Shown here: positions 28,639 through 37,691 of the stretch, in pieces
Layout of the letters: each line of letters starts with the position of its first letter
How positions within the stretch are numbered: the stretch's first letter is position 1
Source of the DNA: a virus
Taxonomy: Duplodnaviria > Caudoviricetes
IMG/VR virus record: IMGVR_UViG_3300001598_000034
Span: 1 to 64,000 of that record
Length of the DNA: 64,000 nt
Reading direction: 5' to 3' (one strand)
Program-made: the position numbers and the translations under genes
The notes under the pieces: model-generated
The model's database searches: none
What the model saw: only the letters and a program-made list of their open reading frames with translations
What the model was told of the DNA's origin: nothing

Positions 28639-29199
28639 TGTTGCCTGTTAATTTATATTCCGCGTTTACAGGCAAGCGGCCGTATGTGAAGTAGATTTCT
28701 CTACAAGGGTTAATTACCCCCTGTCGCACATCGGTGAGTAAGGTGGACCAAAGACATACATAGTATATGCCAGCCCAAATATAATCACATGAATGTAGGT
28801 GCACCAAACCTACGACTGCCATAAAGCTATTTTTAGGGTTGCCTAAACTAATTCAGAGGTGACACATTGAAGAAATCGCGGTACTATTTCTAGTACCACT
28901 TACAAGAAGCCGAGATTTTGACTTACTTAATGCACGTGATATTATTTCTAATACCACCAACAATAACGCTCATCTCTTTATTGGTAGTTAACCAAAAGGT
29001 TAATGGAGACCTTCTCAATATAGTTGTACATTAAGTAATATAGCCTTGCTTTGAAACCTGCTATGGTCAGAGAGCGCTTAAATACTCTTACATAGATCTT
29101 ATTAATGTACATGTAGAATTGCAAGCATTGTAACATGTGCGTCTCTACGGTTTCATTCAGTCTTTACGTATGATATAGTTACTTCACATACGAAGGAAT
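28639..29199 (-). ncRNA. Large structured ncRNA, copy 2
   Basis: Identical terminal and central blocks to copy 1, with divergent or inserted helices between them. Confidence 0.65.
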
Positions 29200-29200
29200 T

Positions 29201-29463
29201 GGGCCAGAATATAGCCTCTGGCGGAGCTATACGAGACACCGCATAAATGTGGAGTACGTTTGTCTAGGTGTGGACGGTATACACAGTCGTTCCTAGATCA
29301 TTTTCAAGATGCTAACTTGTATACCGCTGCAGCATCACGCGGTAGGCACAACGTCTCTTTCCTATAATACACAATAACTATCTGCTAATATTTATTTTAC
29401 CGACGTTGTATACAGAAAATTTTAATGCATTATATACAGCAGTTTAACGTCATACTGAGGACA
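29201..29463 (-). ncRNA. Pseudoknot-rich structured RNA at the head of the ncRNA/tRNA operon
   Basis: At least three H-type pseudoknot patterns, e.g. TACCGC/GCGGTA with GATGCT/AGCATC, and TATAGC/GCTATA with GCCAGA/TCTGGC. Confidence 0.5.
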
Positions 29464-29540
29464 AATGTTTTAGTATTATATATCTTATATTATACCTAAA
29501 TAACATAAGATATAGAATACTTTACTTTATATTATACCTA

Positions 29541-32018
29541 TTATTGCCTATGACCAGCATCAGCATTCATATACACTGGTACATAAGGAGCTGCATGAAC
29601 ACTAGCGGAAGTTGTACTACTATATACTTCCTTAATAGAGCCTCTCTTACGTGCTAAGTATAATTCTTTCGGATCTTCTAATTCATATACAACTTTCAAA
29701 TCATCCAAAGTTTCATCAGCTTCATATTTATCTGACTTCAGATAATCAGTAGTGATATATGTAGGAGAGTATAAATTCTCGCGCGTATCGAAATACACAG
29801 ATGCAATAGGCATAATAGATCCACCATTAGTTAACCCATCAAGAATCTGTACCATAAAGTTTACAACTAAGTTTGCAGCAGTTTTATTAGCTTGCATAGA
29901 TTGCACATTTTGAACCGCACGCTCAGCACAACTCATTTGTTCTTCTTTAAGATCCTCTTCAATATCAATTAATTCTGGGAATATAGAATAAGGAATAGGT
30001 ACAGACAAATATTGGCCCATCCAATCATCAAAATTCTTAAATTCCCAGGGTAGTGGTTTACCATTAAGAGCATTCAAATAAGTACTAAAAGTTCGCGTTT
30101 CTTTTGAAGCTACACCCATAAATGCTTTATTAACATTAGTATCAGGAACATTTCTAGTAATAAAGTCAGTATAGTTATGATCTACGTTACGAATATGATT
30201 AACCCTAGCATTATATCCATAGTTAGATACCATGTTAGCTTTATTAAGAATGTCAAGTATACCAACTTTACCAGCGTAATCTACATAAGCAGAATAAAAA
30301 CTATTGTTATTTTCTGATGTAAGAGAAGTATTTAATTCGCGCTCATTTACGTACTTATTTTTAAATATTCTTTGAATAGTAGTATAGGGAAGCTTATAGT
30401 TAGCTTTTAATTTAAAACCTTCAGCTATTTTAACAGTAGGAACAGAACATTCCACACTAGGATCAGAAGTTTCAACTGAAAACTTATCTATAATACTAGT
30501 TCTATCAGCAGCTATTTCCGTGCACTGATCTTTAGAAAAAGTACTCCCTACCCTATCTTCTTCTCCAAAAATATCTTTGTAGCATACAGGACTAGATGCA
30601 TTTTCTTGTTGGCATACACGACCCCAAGCAACTTGCCCAGTATACTCACCATTACCAGAAGAAATTAGATACATCTCTCTAACACAGCAACACCTACTCT
30701 CATTAATATAGCTAAAAGCATTATCAACTAATCCACAATAGCTAGTATCATAACTAATCTTTTTGGCAATATTAGAAAAGACATCAGTGCCGTTGACTTC
30801 TTTCGTAATAGACAATCTGTCGACATCAGTCAATACTAAATTATACTTAGTATCGCAATTATCAGCCATAAGATCATGGAATTCATTTAAAAATCCATCA
30901 TCAATAGTAAAGAAATCACTTGTTTCATGCACACAAGAAAACTCAGTAACAAGTGACTCATAATAAACATCATCAATACTAGGAAGCCTATTCCAACTTT
31001 TGAAAAATGCATTAATAATATTACGTACAGTAGTTTTATCAACACAATCTATCAAAATAGGAATAATAATACGCCTTCTACCATACATTCTATTAATATC
31101 ACAATACTTGTCTTCCAAAAACTTAAACTTAGAAGTATCGTTAAACGCTTCATCTAATTCATGATTGCTAAAATACGTATTAACGCGATATTTACCACAT
31201 ACCAAAGAACTAATTCTACCAAGAGAAGCATCAGAATATGGATCAGCATTACCTGAAATATCATAAGCACTCATTGAAGTAGCTGTTTCATTTTCTGGAT
31301 TGATATTAACTGTTTTAGTTATGTCACTAAGACTATATCCACGAAGTGCAAGAGGATTATCATTATCCATAGCCAATTTATCAGCTCTAAAGAATTTATT
31401 TTTAGCATAGGAAAACTCTTCCACTAAATCCTTATGTAGTGCAATTTTACGTTTAACACTTTCTCTATATTCCTGCCGTACATTATTCTCAATACGGGAA
31501 AGTCTCCTCGTAGTCTCCTCTTCACGTGGCCTATGTAACTCTGAAGATCTACAATTATATACAAAAGGAATACCAAAAGACAAGTCCTGTAATTGACGGA
31601 TATTTTTTATATAGTATGGATATGCTTGTACATATAAGGAATTAATACCGTATGTCTCTACACAGTTTTCAACTAAACTCTCTGCTTTATTTCTACCAAC
31701 GTCTTCTTCAGAACATAATTGGCGTTTAATATTTTTAGATTCAAACTTATCTCCATCACAAAGAGTATAATGAATACGATGTTTAATGTGCTCAGGTAAA
31801 TTAGATATGTATCGCATCATCTCTGCAAATACATATCCTCCAGTACCACCAGCGCCTACTTGCACAATATTAATCATATAGTCGTCAAATACAGAAAAGA
31901 TCTTATTAAATCCGCGTATATCCTGAAAAGCTTTATGTACATTTTTGAGACAAGATAGTCCTTTTACTCTGATAGGAAACCTATCAGAACCAGGAAGTTT
32001 TTTACTATCTATAATCAC
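29541..32018 (-). CDS. ThiF/E1-like activating enzyme (PRTRC-type) with large insertions
   Basis: VGAGGTGG; CDGD.FE.KNIKRQ; G.NKA; IDCVD...R; SGNG...GQV; SCAE catalytic-Cys motif; Q...AN. Confidence 0.85.
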   Translation of the reverse strand: MIIDSKKLPGSDRFPIRVKGLSCLKNVHKAFQDIRGFNKIFSVFDDYMINIVQVGAGGTGGYVFAEMMRYISNLPEHIKHRIHYTLCDGDKFESKNIKRQLCSEEDVGRNKAESLVENCVETYGINSLYVQAYPYYIKNIRQLQDLSFGIPFVYNCRSSELHRPREEETTRRLSRIENNVRQEYRESVKRKIALHKDLVEEFSYAKNKFFRADKLAMDNDNPLALRGYSLSDITKTVNINPENETATSMSAYDISGNADPYSDASLGRISSLVCGKYRVNTYFSNHELDEAFNDTSKFKFLEDKYCDINRMYGRRRIIIPILIDCVDKTTVRNIINAFFKSWNRLPSIDDVYYESLVTEFSCVHETSDFFTIDDGFLNEFHDLMADNCDTKYNLVLTDVDRLSITKEVNGTDVFSNIAKKISYDTSYCGLVDNAFSYINESRCCCVREMYLISSGNGEYTGQVAWGRVCQQENASSPVCYKDIFGEEDRVGSTFSKDQCTEIAADRTSIIDKFSVETSDPSVECSVPTVKIAEGFKLKANYKLPYTTIQRIFKNKYVNERELNTSLTSENNNSFYSAYVDYAGKVGILDILNKANMVSNYGYNARVNHIRNVDHNYTDFITRNVPDTNVNKAFMGVASKETRTFSTYLNALNGKPLPWEFKNFDDWMGQYLSVPIPYSIFPELIDIEEDLKEEQMSCAERAVQNVQSMQANKTAANLVVNFMVQILDGLTNGGSIMPIASVYFDTRENLYSPTYITTDYLKSDKYEADETLDDLKVVYELEDPKELYLARKRGSIKEVYSSTTSASVHAAPYVPVYMNADAGHRQ

Positions 32019-32032
32019 TACTATCCCTCCTT

Positions 32033-33919
32033 TTATTTAAACAAAGCAGTTTGTTCTTCTGTGGCAGGATGTAACTCAATAACCTTAGTATCGTCTGTAT
32101 CATTGCAAACACTTGAGAACTCATTTACAAGTGCAGCTTCAGATCTGCTATTGAAAATTAATTCATCAATACTAATAACTCCACCGTTCGCCAAGTGTTC
32201 ATCTAAGCACACCTCAAAATATTTTTCAAGCATAGACAAAGACTCATATTCAGAATCACCTTCATCAGCATCATCAACAAGAGATGCAAAGTTAGTAATC
32301 ACATCCTCAATAAACTCAATATACTCTCTCCTCAATTTCTCTGGTGCATGAATAATATGAGCTAAGAAATCAATAAAGTAGTAATTAGTTTCAGAGTGGT
32401 CATGAATAAACTGACTAATAAATAAAACATTCTGATCAAAAACATTAGAAATTAACGCTTTTTGATATTTAGACAAACCTTCCCAGAATGCAATCAAATT
32501 CCAATTATTATTTACAACATCCGTAGAGTTGAGAGTAAGTGCCGCGATCTTAAACCCGTCAGCAGTGTATAGAGAATTAAACAAATCACTGTCTTCTGCT
32601 AAATCATAGCTGCTAGCTGAAATATAGGTTTTAAGCAAGTAAGCATGCGCTCTGGCATCCATGTTTTTGATAAGAGACTCAGTATTATAGGTATTAATAA
32701 GATTATACCCATTAGTATAGTCAATTGCATCCGGAATACCAATGTCGTCTCTAACCTCTACCATATCACGCGCATCGAAGAATCTAATAATGTCACTATT
32801 ATTAACATTAGCAGCATTATAATCAAAAGACATGCTTTCAAGATAATTCATGGTACCGATTTCAATGTCTTCCAATAACTCTGCAGGTGCTGGAGTTACT
32901 TGTGCTACTCTTAATGCTTGAGGTGCTTGTGTTTCTTTTTCTTCTTTTTTGCTTTCTGTTGAGCGATTACTGACAGAGTATTTATTAACATAAGTACCTG
33001 TTTCATAGTATCTACCATAGTAAGGATTTGTAAGATATTCTGAACAATAGTAGCCTTTAGCCACAGCATAAGAAGAAGCATTCTTAGTAACCTTAGTTTT
33101 AATTTCCGGATTACCAGGACCAATATTTTCCTTTTTCAGCATAGCTTTCTCTTCTTCCTCTGTAAGAGCAAAGATATCACTAAGTTTTAGATCTTTTTGG
33201 AAACTGTTGCATTTAACACGTGCTTTATATGTAACGTCCTTATCAAAAGTACCAAGTACTACATAGAAACATACTTCATTTTCATTTGCATCATCAATAC
33301 CACTCCAAAAAGCAGACATAGAATTATGTGAATGAAGTTCACACACAAGCTCATTCTCAGTGCGCAACGTTTGAATCTTAGGATCATCTGGATAACTTAC
33401 ACTAGCCTTAGAAATCTTTTGTTCAGGATAATAAATAAAGTATTCATCTGTGCCACGTTTCTTATAAATCTGTGCAGCAGCTTCATCACCAGAATCTTTA
33501 TAAATAATATTAAAAGACCCAATAATTTCTTTGATAAGATCAGCAGGAATTTTATTATTAATTGTAAGTTCTTTAATTCCCTCATTTGCATCTTCAAGTA
33601 ATGCACACTCTTTTACTTTTTCTACAACCTGTATATTATTTCCTCCAACGTGCATACTTGTTTTCACATAAAGACCACCTTTAGCAGGGAAATAAATATT
33701 CTGTTCAGTATCAGCTTCAGCTTCAGCAGCATAAACAGAATCCACAAATTTATTTCGTGCAAACAACATAGTCTTTTTAATTCTTTCAAGAGCAGCTTCT
33801 TGTTCCTTAGTACGTTTAGGAGTAGTTGTTACTTGTTCTACAGTAGTGCCACTACCTCCACTGTACTTTTTCCATAAATTTTTATAATCTTCATAATATT
33901 TAGAATAATTATACGTCAT
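32033..33919 (-). CDS. JAB/MPN+ metalloprotease (PRTRC protein A-like) with a long acidic C-terminal extension
   Basis: E(AAAQI)...PEQ.....V.Y...ELHSHNSMSAFWSGIDDANE. Confidence 0.88.
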   Translation of the reverse strand: MTYNYSKYYEDYKNLWKKYSGGSGTTVEQVTTTPKRTKEQEAALERIKKTMLFARNKFVDSVYAAEAEADTEQNIYFPAKGGLYVKTSMHVGGNNIQVVEKVKECALLEDANEGIKELTINNKIPADLIKEIIGSFNIIYKDSGDEAAAQIYKKRGTDEYFIYYPEQKISKASVSYPDDPKIQTLRTENELVCELHSHNSMSAFWSGIDDANENEVCFYVVLGTFDKDVTYKARVKCNSFQKDLKLSDIFALTEEEEKAMLKKENIGPGNPEIKTKVTKNASSYAVAKGYYCSEYLTNPYYGRYYETGTYVNKYSVSNRSTESKKEEKETQAPQALRVAQVTPAPAELLEDIEIGTMNYLESMSFDYNAANVNNSDIIRFFDARDMVEVRDDIGIPDAIDYTNGYNLINTYNTESLIKNMDARAHAYLLKTYISASSYDLAEDSDLFNSLYTADGFKIAALTLNSTDVVNNNWNLIAFWEGLSKYQKALISNVFDQNVLFISQFIHDHSETNYYFIDFLAHIIHAPEKLRREYIEFIEDVITNFASLVDDADEGDSEYESLSMLEKYFEVCLDEHLANGGVISIDELIFNSRSEAALVNEFSSVCNDTDDTKVIELHPATEEQTALFK

Positions 33920-33938
33920 GCAAATATCATCCCTTTCA

Positions 33939-34739
33939 TTAATTACCTCCTATTATATTCTCAAACAAGTTAGTTACATTTGTGCCTATTCTTTTCAAAT
34001 ATTGACATGGGAATTCCTTAATCTCTGGTCTAGTTCCTAATTTAGAAATAAGTTCATACTGAGTTGTAATCTCATTTCCAAGAATACCGCCTGGAACTGG
34101 CATCCAATGAGACCCATCACAGACATCTAAATCATGGTTACCGATGGAAGTATAAAGCATAGTTGGGAAATAGTCTACATTAGATTCCGGTACAATTCCA
34201 AGAATATCGTGTCCCATACAACAATTATGCCCAGAATTAAATACATTAGTAAATGGGTAACGATAATAAGTAGTCATCTCCAGAGGCATATTAGTTGTAC
34301 TTAATGCATATGCGTATTGACCATTAAAATTAAACTCACGCTTTCCACAGTCTTCGACTAAAGTTCCTAAAGTAATAATACATAATGGAGGAAACGGTAT
34401 TCTAAACATTCGTAAATTATTTACATTATAGCCTTTGAAACGTTGGTCATGAGAATCTGGAATATATTCATCTAAAGACCCAAACTTAGAAATATCTCTT
34501 GGCGTCCATGATAATACAATATCATTTATGCATCCGTCATAAATAAACAAATACCCACGTCTTCTACCACGATCTATAATATGTCTGCAATTCTTAGGAA
34601 TCTTCATATTAACTTCAATAGTATCAGATGCCAAAGCCTTACATATAGAAGCGGTATCTACTATTTTAGTAGATACCGTTCCATCGCAAAGATCTATTAT
34701 TACTTTTGCAGTTCCATCATTTTTAAAATCTACAAGCAT
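33939..34739 (-). CDS. Prokaryotic E2 family D-like protein (PRTRC protein B-like)
   Basis: IPFPPL...YAYAL...YRYPFTNVFNSGHNCCMG resembles the P..NV...G..C.G E2-D motif; lies between the JAB gene and upstream genes. Confidence 0.75.
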   Translation of the reverse strand: MLVDFKNDGTAKVIIDLCDGTVSTKIVDTASICKALASDTIEVNMKIPKNCRHIIDRGRRRGYLFIYDGCINDIVLSWTPRDISKFGSLDEYIPDSHDQRFKGYNVNNLRMFRIPFPPLCIITLGTLVEDCGKREFNFNGQYAYALSTTNMPLEMTTYYRYPFTNVFNSGHNCCMGHDILGIVPESNVDYFPTMLYTSIGNHDLDVCDGSHWMPVPGGILGNEITTQYELISKLGTRPEIKEFPCQYLKRIGTNVTNLFENIIGGN

Positions 34740-34741
34740 TA

Positions 34742-35419
34742 TTATGCCTTTCTAAATACAAATCTACCCGTTTCAGGATCCAATACAAACCTCCCAGATT
34801 TAGGGGCTGACTCTTCTTTTACTGCCACTACCTCTTCTCTAGCATTCTCTTCCTCAATGGCGTCAAGCTCATTAAGTTCGCTAGCAGTAGGTTCCTCATC
34901 GTCTTTTTCTTTATCATCGGCATCTAGAAAGTGCTCGCCTTCAAGTAAAGAATTAATACGCTCTTCAAAATCCGCATCATCAAACTTTACTCTATCAGTA
35001 GTTTTTTTAGGGGCTTCAATTTCTTTTTTAGCATGCACCGCCAAATATTCACGAGCAGCATCGATTTCTCCATCTGGACAATTCATCCACATAATATTAC
35101 CATTATAAATAGGCACACCCTTTTGATATTGAGTATTACCATTAACAGTAATCTCGCGGTATGCTTGAACATTACCATTATTATTAGTAACTTTCATAAC
35201 AGATTCTGCACGTTCAACACGGTCCTCAGGAACCTCTTTTTCAACAGCTTCATCAATGCTCTTCTTCAATTGAGCAAAGTCTTTACGCATTTGCTCTCTA
35301 GCATCCGCTATCTTAATATTGATCTCATCCTGTACACTTTGGAATTCTTTAAACATATGATCCAAAGCTAATACAATATTCCCGGGGTTAGACTCAAACT
35401 TTTCAAAATTAGGTAACAT
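34742..35419 (-). CDS. Hypothetical acidic coiled-coil protein of the Ubl operon
   Basis: Likely start at MLPNF with AGGAG RBS. Confidence 0.6.
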   Translation of the reverse strand: MLPNFEKFESNPGNIVLALDHMFKEFQSVQDEINIKIADAREQMRKDFAQLKKSIDEAVEKEVPEDRVERAESVMKVTNNNGNVQAYREITVNGNTQYQKGVPIYNGNIMWMNCPDGEIDAAREYLAVHAKKEIEAPKKTTDRVKFDDADFEERINSLLEGEHFLDADDKEKDDEEPTASELNELDAIEEENAREEVVAVKEESAPKSGRFVLDPETGRFVFRKA

Positions 35420-35420
35420 C

Positions 35421-36272
35421 TTATTTCTCCTTTTCATTAAATACTTCAATAATTTTCTGGGTAGGCAATTTCTTAAATTTTTCTACAAACTTAATACATC
35501 CATCCTTAGCTACTGTTGCAAATGCCCCAGTATCATGTACACTTTCAGAACATTTCTGTATTACATATTCTTTTTGAAAATTTTCAAGAAGCTGTATTCT
35601 ACAAACACGGCAAGTGTCAGTAGTAGCTACAGGATTTTTACCAAAAGAAATATCTGGTACATAACCAATGCCTAACCCTCTGTTTAACGATTCATAAACG
35701 TCAGGAAGATAATGTTCCAAGAAACAACCTAGCTTAACACAATATTTTAACTGTGCTAATTCTACTTTAAATCTACTAGCAGTATAATTATTATCAAAAT
35801 AATTATAAGGAACATTATATACTAGCGTATTTTTATTTTTTAAATAATCAATATACTCATTTGACTTTGCCAAATTATAAACAGAGATAATCCATGCCCA
35901 TTTAGTAAAATCAAAAATAGCTGGTGGTAAGGTAATAATTGTCTTACTTAATTCACAATGTGTATCTATCATCAAATTACTATTATGTATATATTTCATA
36001 ACTAATTTATTACAGTCTTCTTTATACATAGTAGTAAAGTTATATAATGGAGTGTCATATATTTCCCAAAAGCAATTTTCATGAACATCAGTCAATGGGA
36101 TATATTTCTTAATTTCTCTTAAATAATTCCAAATACCCTCTAAACATCTTAATTTAGGAGATGCATTTAATAATGTCTCTTTAGTAATGTTTTCAGGATG
36201 GTTTACACCATTCATATAAGAGTAACTAAACAAACTTTCGATAAACATTGTTGCATTAGGTATCATACTCAT
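35421..36272 (-). CDS. Hypothetical protein of the Ubl operon
   Basis: 283-aa ORF coupled to its neighbours. Confidence 0.6.
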   Translation of the reverse strand: MSMIPNATMFIESLFSYSYMNGVNHPENITKETLLNASPKLRCLEGIWNYLREIKKYIPLTDVHENCFWEIYDTPLYNFTTMYKEDCNKLVMKYIHNSNLMIDTHCELSKTIITLPPAIFDFTKWAWIISVYNLAKSNEYIDYLKNKNTLVYNVPYNYFDNNYTASRFKVELAQLKYCVKLGCFLEHYLPDVYESLNRGLGIGYVPDISFGKNPVATTDTCRVCRIQLLENFQKEYVIQKCSESVHDTGAFATVAKDGCIKFVEKFKKLPTQKIIEVFNEKEK

Positions 36273-36565
36273 ATAAGAATTCTCCTCTTTCTAGATTTCT
36301 TTGATTCAGGAATTTTATTCATCAAGATTAATTGTAATGCTTCAAGGGATTCAACATTATTTCTCCTAATGTTTTCATTAACAGTATGTAAATAGTACAT
36401 TCCATAATCGAGGAGGTCATCCTTTGGAAAGTCCTTATCTAATAGTTCTTCTAAGGTATTAGCCTCAAATAAAGATTTAATATTATTATCGTTCTTATCT
36501 AAATACACATTAGGTAAAGACTTGACACCAGCAAGTAAGTCTAATTCAGTATTATCGTTTTGCAT
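36269..36565 (-). CDS. Hypothetical protein
   Basis: 98-aa ORF with AGGAG RBS. Confidence 0.55.
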   Translation of the reverse strand: MQNDNTELDLLAGVKSLPNVYLDKNDNNIKSLFEANTLEELLDKDFPKDDLLDYGMYYLHTVNENIRRNNVESLEALQLILMNKIPESKKSRKRRILI

Positions 36566-36612
36566 CTACATAATGTTCTCCTTTTTACTAAAAACGAAAA
36601 TTTTAAAAACCT

Positions 36613-36792
36613 TCGCCCTATGAATATTAAAATATACTATTCTTGCCGAAGACGCAATGATCTCCTCAAAGGCAGTAATAATATATTTTAATATTCATAG
36701 GGCGATTAAATAACTTGATCAGCTGTTTTTGTTTTACGTTTTTTATTTATATGTTAAATATCTCTTAGCTGACCTATTTAAGTCGCCCTATG
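36613..36792 (-). promoter_or_regulatory. Alternative-hairpin attenuator-like element
   Basis: 24-bp IR 36613-36636 / 36682-36705 followed by a U tract; TCGCCCTATG repeated at 36783-36792 gives a competing pairing. Confidence 0.55.
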
Positions 36793-36854
36793 TAGTGACT
36801 AAGGGAGCTGATTAGCAGCCATTAGTCTGTGTACGTACAGACTAACGGGTCAGA

Positions 36855-37100
36855 TTAGCAGCCCTTAGTCTGTGCACGTACAGACAAGTTTGCACTGTAT
36901 ACATGCATACCATTTGCATCCACGCCATCATCACTCCAAGAGGAAATGCGTGCGTTAGTGGGGAGGTTAGGAACTTGAGCACGAACTGCCTCAATGCAGT
37001 CTTCATCACTGAGAACTTCATCAGCAGTCATGAAGGGGAACTCAAAATCTCCATATCCAGCCACACGAATAATCTTCTTAATCATTTCATTTTGTTGCAT
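36855..37100 (-). CDS. Ubiquitin-like modifier (PRTRC protein C / Prok-Ub-like)
   Basis: 81 aa; P.L.NA.I motif and C-terminal AQTKGC (GTKG-like) upstream of the E2, JAB and E1 genes. Confidence 0.75.
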   Translation of the reverse strand: MQQNEMIKKIIRVAGYGDFEFPFMTADEVLSDEDCIEAVRAQVPNLPTNARISSWSDDGVDANGMHVYSANLSVRAQTKGC

Positions 37101-37310
37101 AGTAGTAATCTCCTTAAAATTTTAAATAGTTTTTGGTTGTACTTTAACTGCCAGCTTGCATACTATTCGTGATTAATATAACTCGATAACGATCTCTTAA
37201 TCTCCGAATCTCACTTTCAGGCGTAATTATCGCCGATACTTTCACGACAGTTTCGTATATACTATATTTCGGCTCCACTCAAAATATAGTTCTATAGATG
37301 AACCATTATC

Positions 37311-37517
37311 TATAGATATAATATTCTTTGTAACCGCGATCATCTCCCGAGATGTACTGGACGGTTCCTGGCAATGATCATTCGAGGCGCTGCCGGTACC
37401 GGCGGGCGACACTCTTCATACGGGCGTATGCTCTAAGCATACGCCATGAAATAGAAAGAAAGAGAATTCCCTTTCATTTTTTAAATTAAAGGTCTTACAA
37501 AGAATATTATATCTATA
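37311..37517 (-). ncRNA. Retron msr-msd-like ncRNA D
   Basis: 23-bp terminal IR; G opposite G; GAAAGGG-AAUU-CUCUUUC hairpin; U tract; GC-rich hairpins. Confidence 0.65.
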
Positions 37518-37558
37518 TACAATGTATATATTTATTTACAATGGATATGCATAAATAT

Positions 37559-37685
37559 AATAACAAGTATAGGTAGTGCTTTTAGGAGGATTTTAAGTTA
37601 TTTATCGAAAGGAGGTGTTATTTTATATGCATCAAAGGAGGTGTGATGTTTTAAAAGAGACAAGCACCAACCTATACTTGTTATT
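37559..37685 (-). ncRNA. Stem-enclosed RNA carrying three anti-Shine-Dalgarno motifs
   Basis: ~22-bp closing stem; the loop has CACCUCCUUU twice and AUCCUCCU once on the minus strand. Confidence 0.55.
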
Positions 37686-37691
37686 CGAGCT

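Noticed and set aside
29201-29463. tmRNA (pseudoknots plus a short frame ADSYCVL*)
   Set aside because: No tRNA-like domain (no Ala acceptor stem, T-arm or CCA), and the tag lacks the usual C-terminal AA
36811-36885. DGR template/variable repeat pair
   Set aside because: Only about 30 bp, one of the two differences is not at an adenine, and no DGR RT is seen
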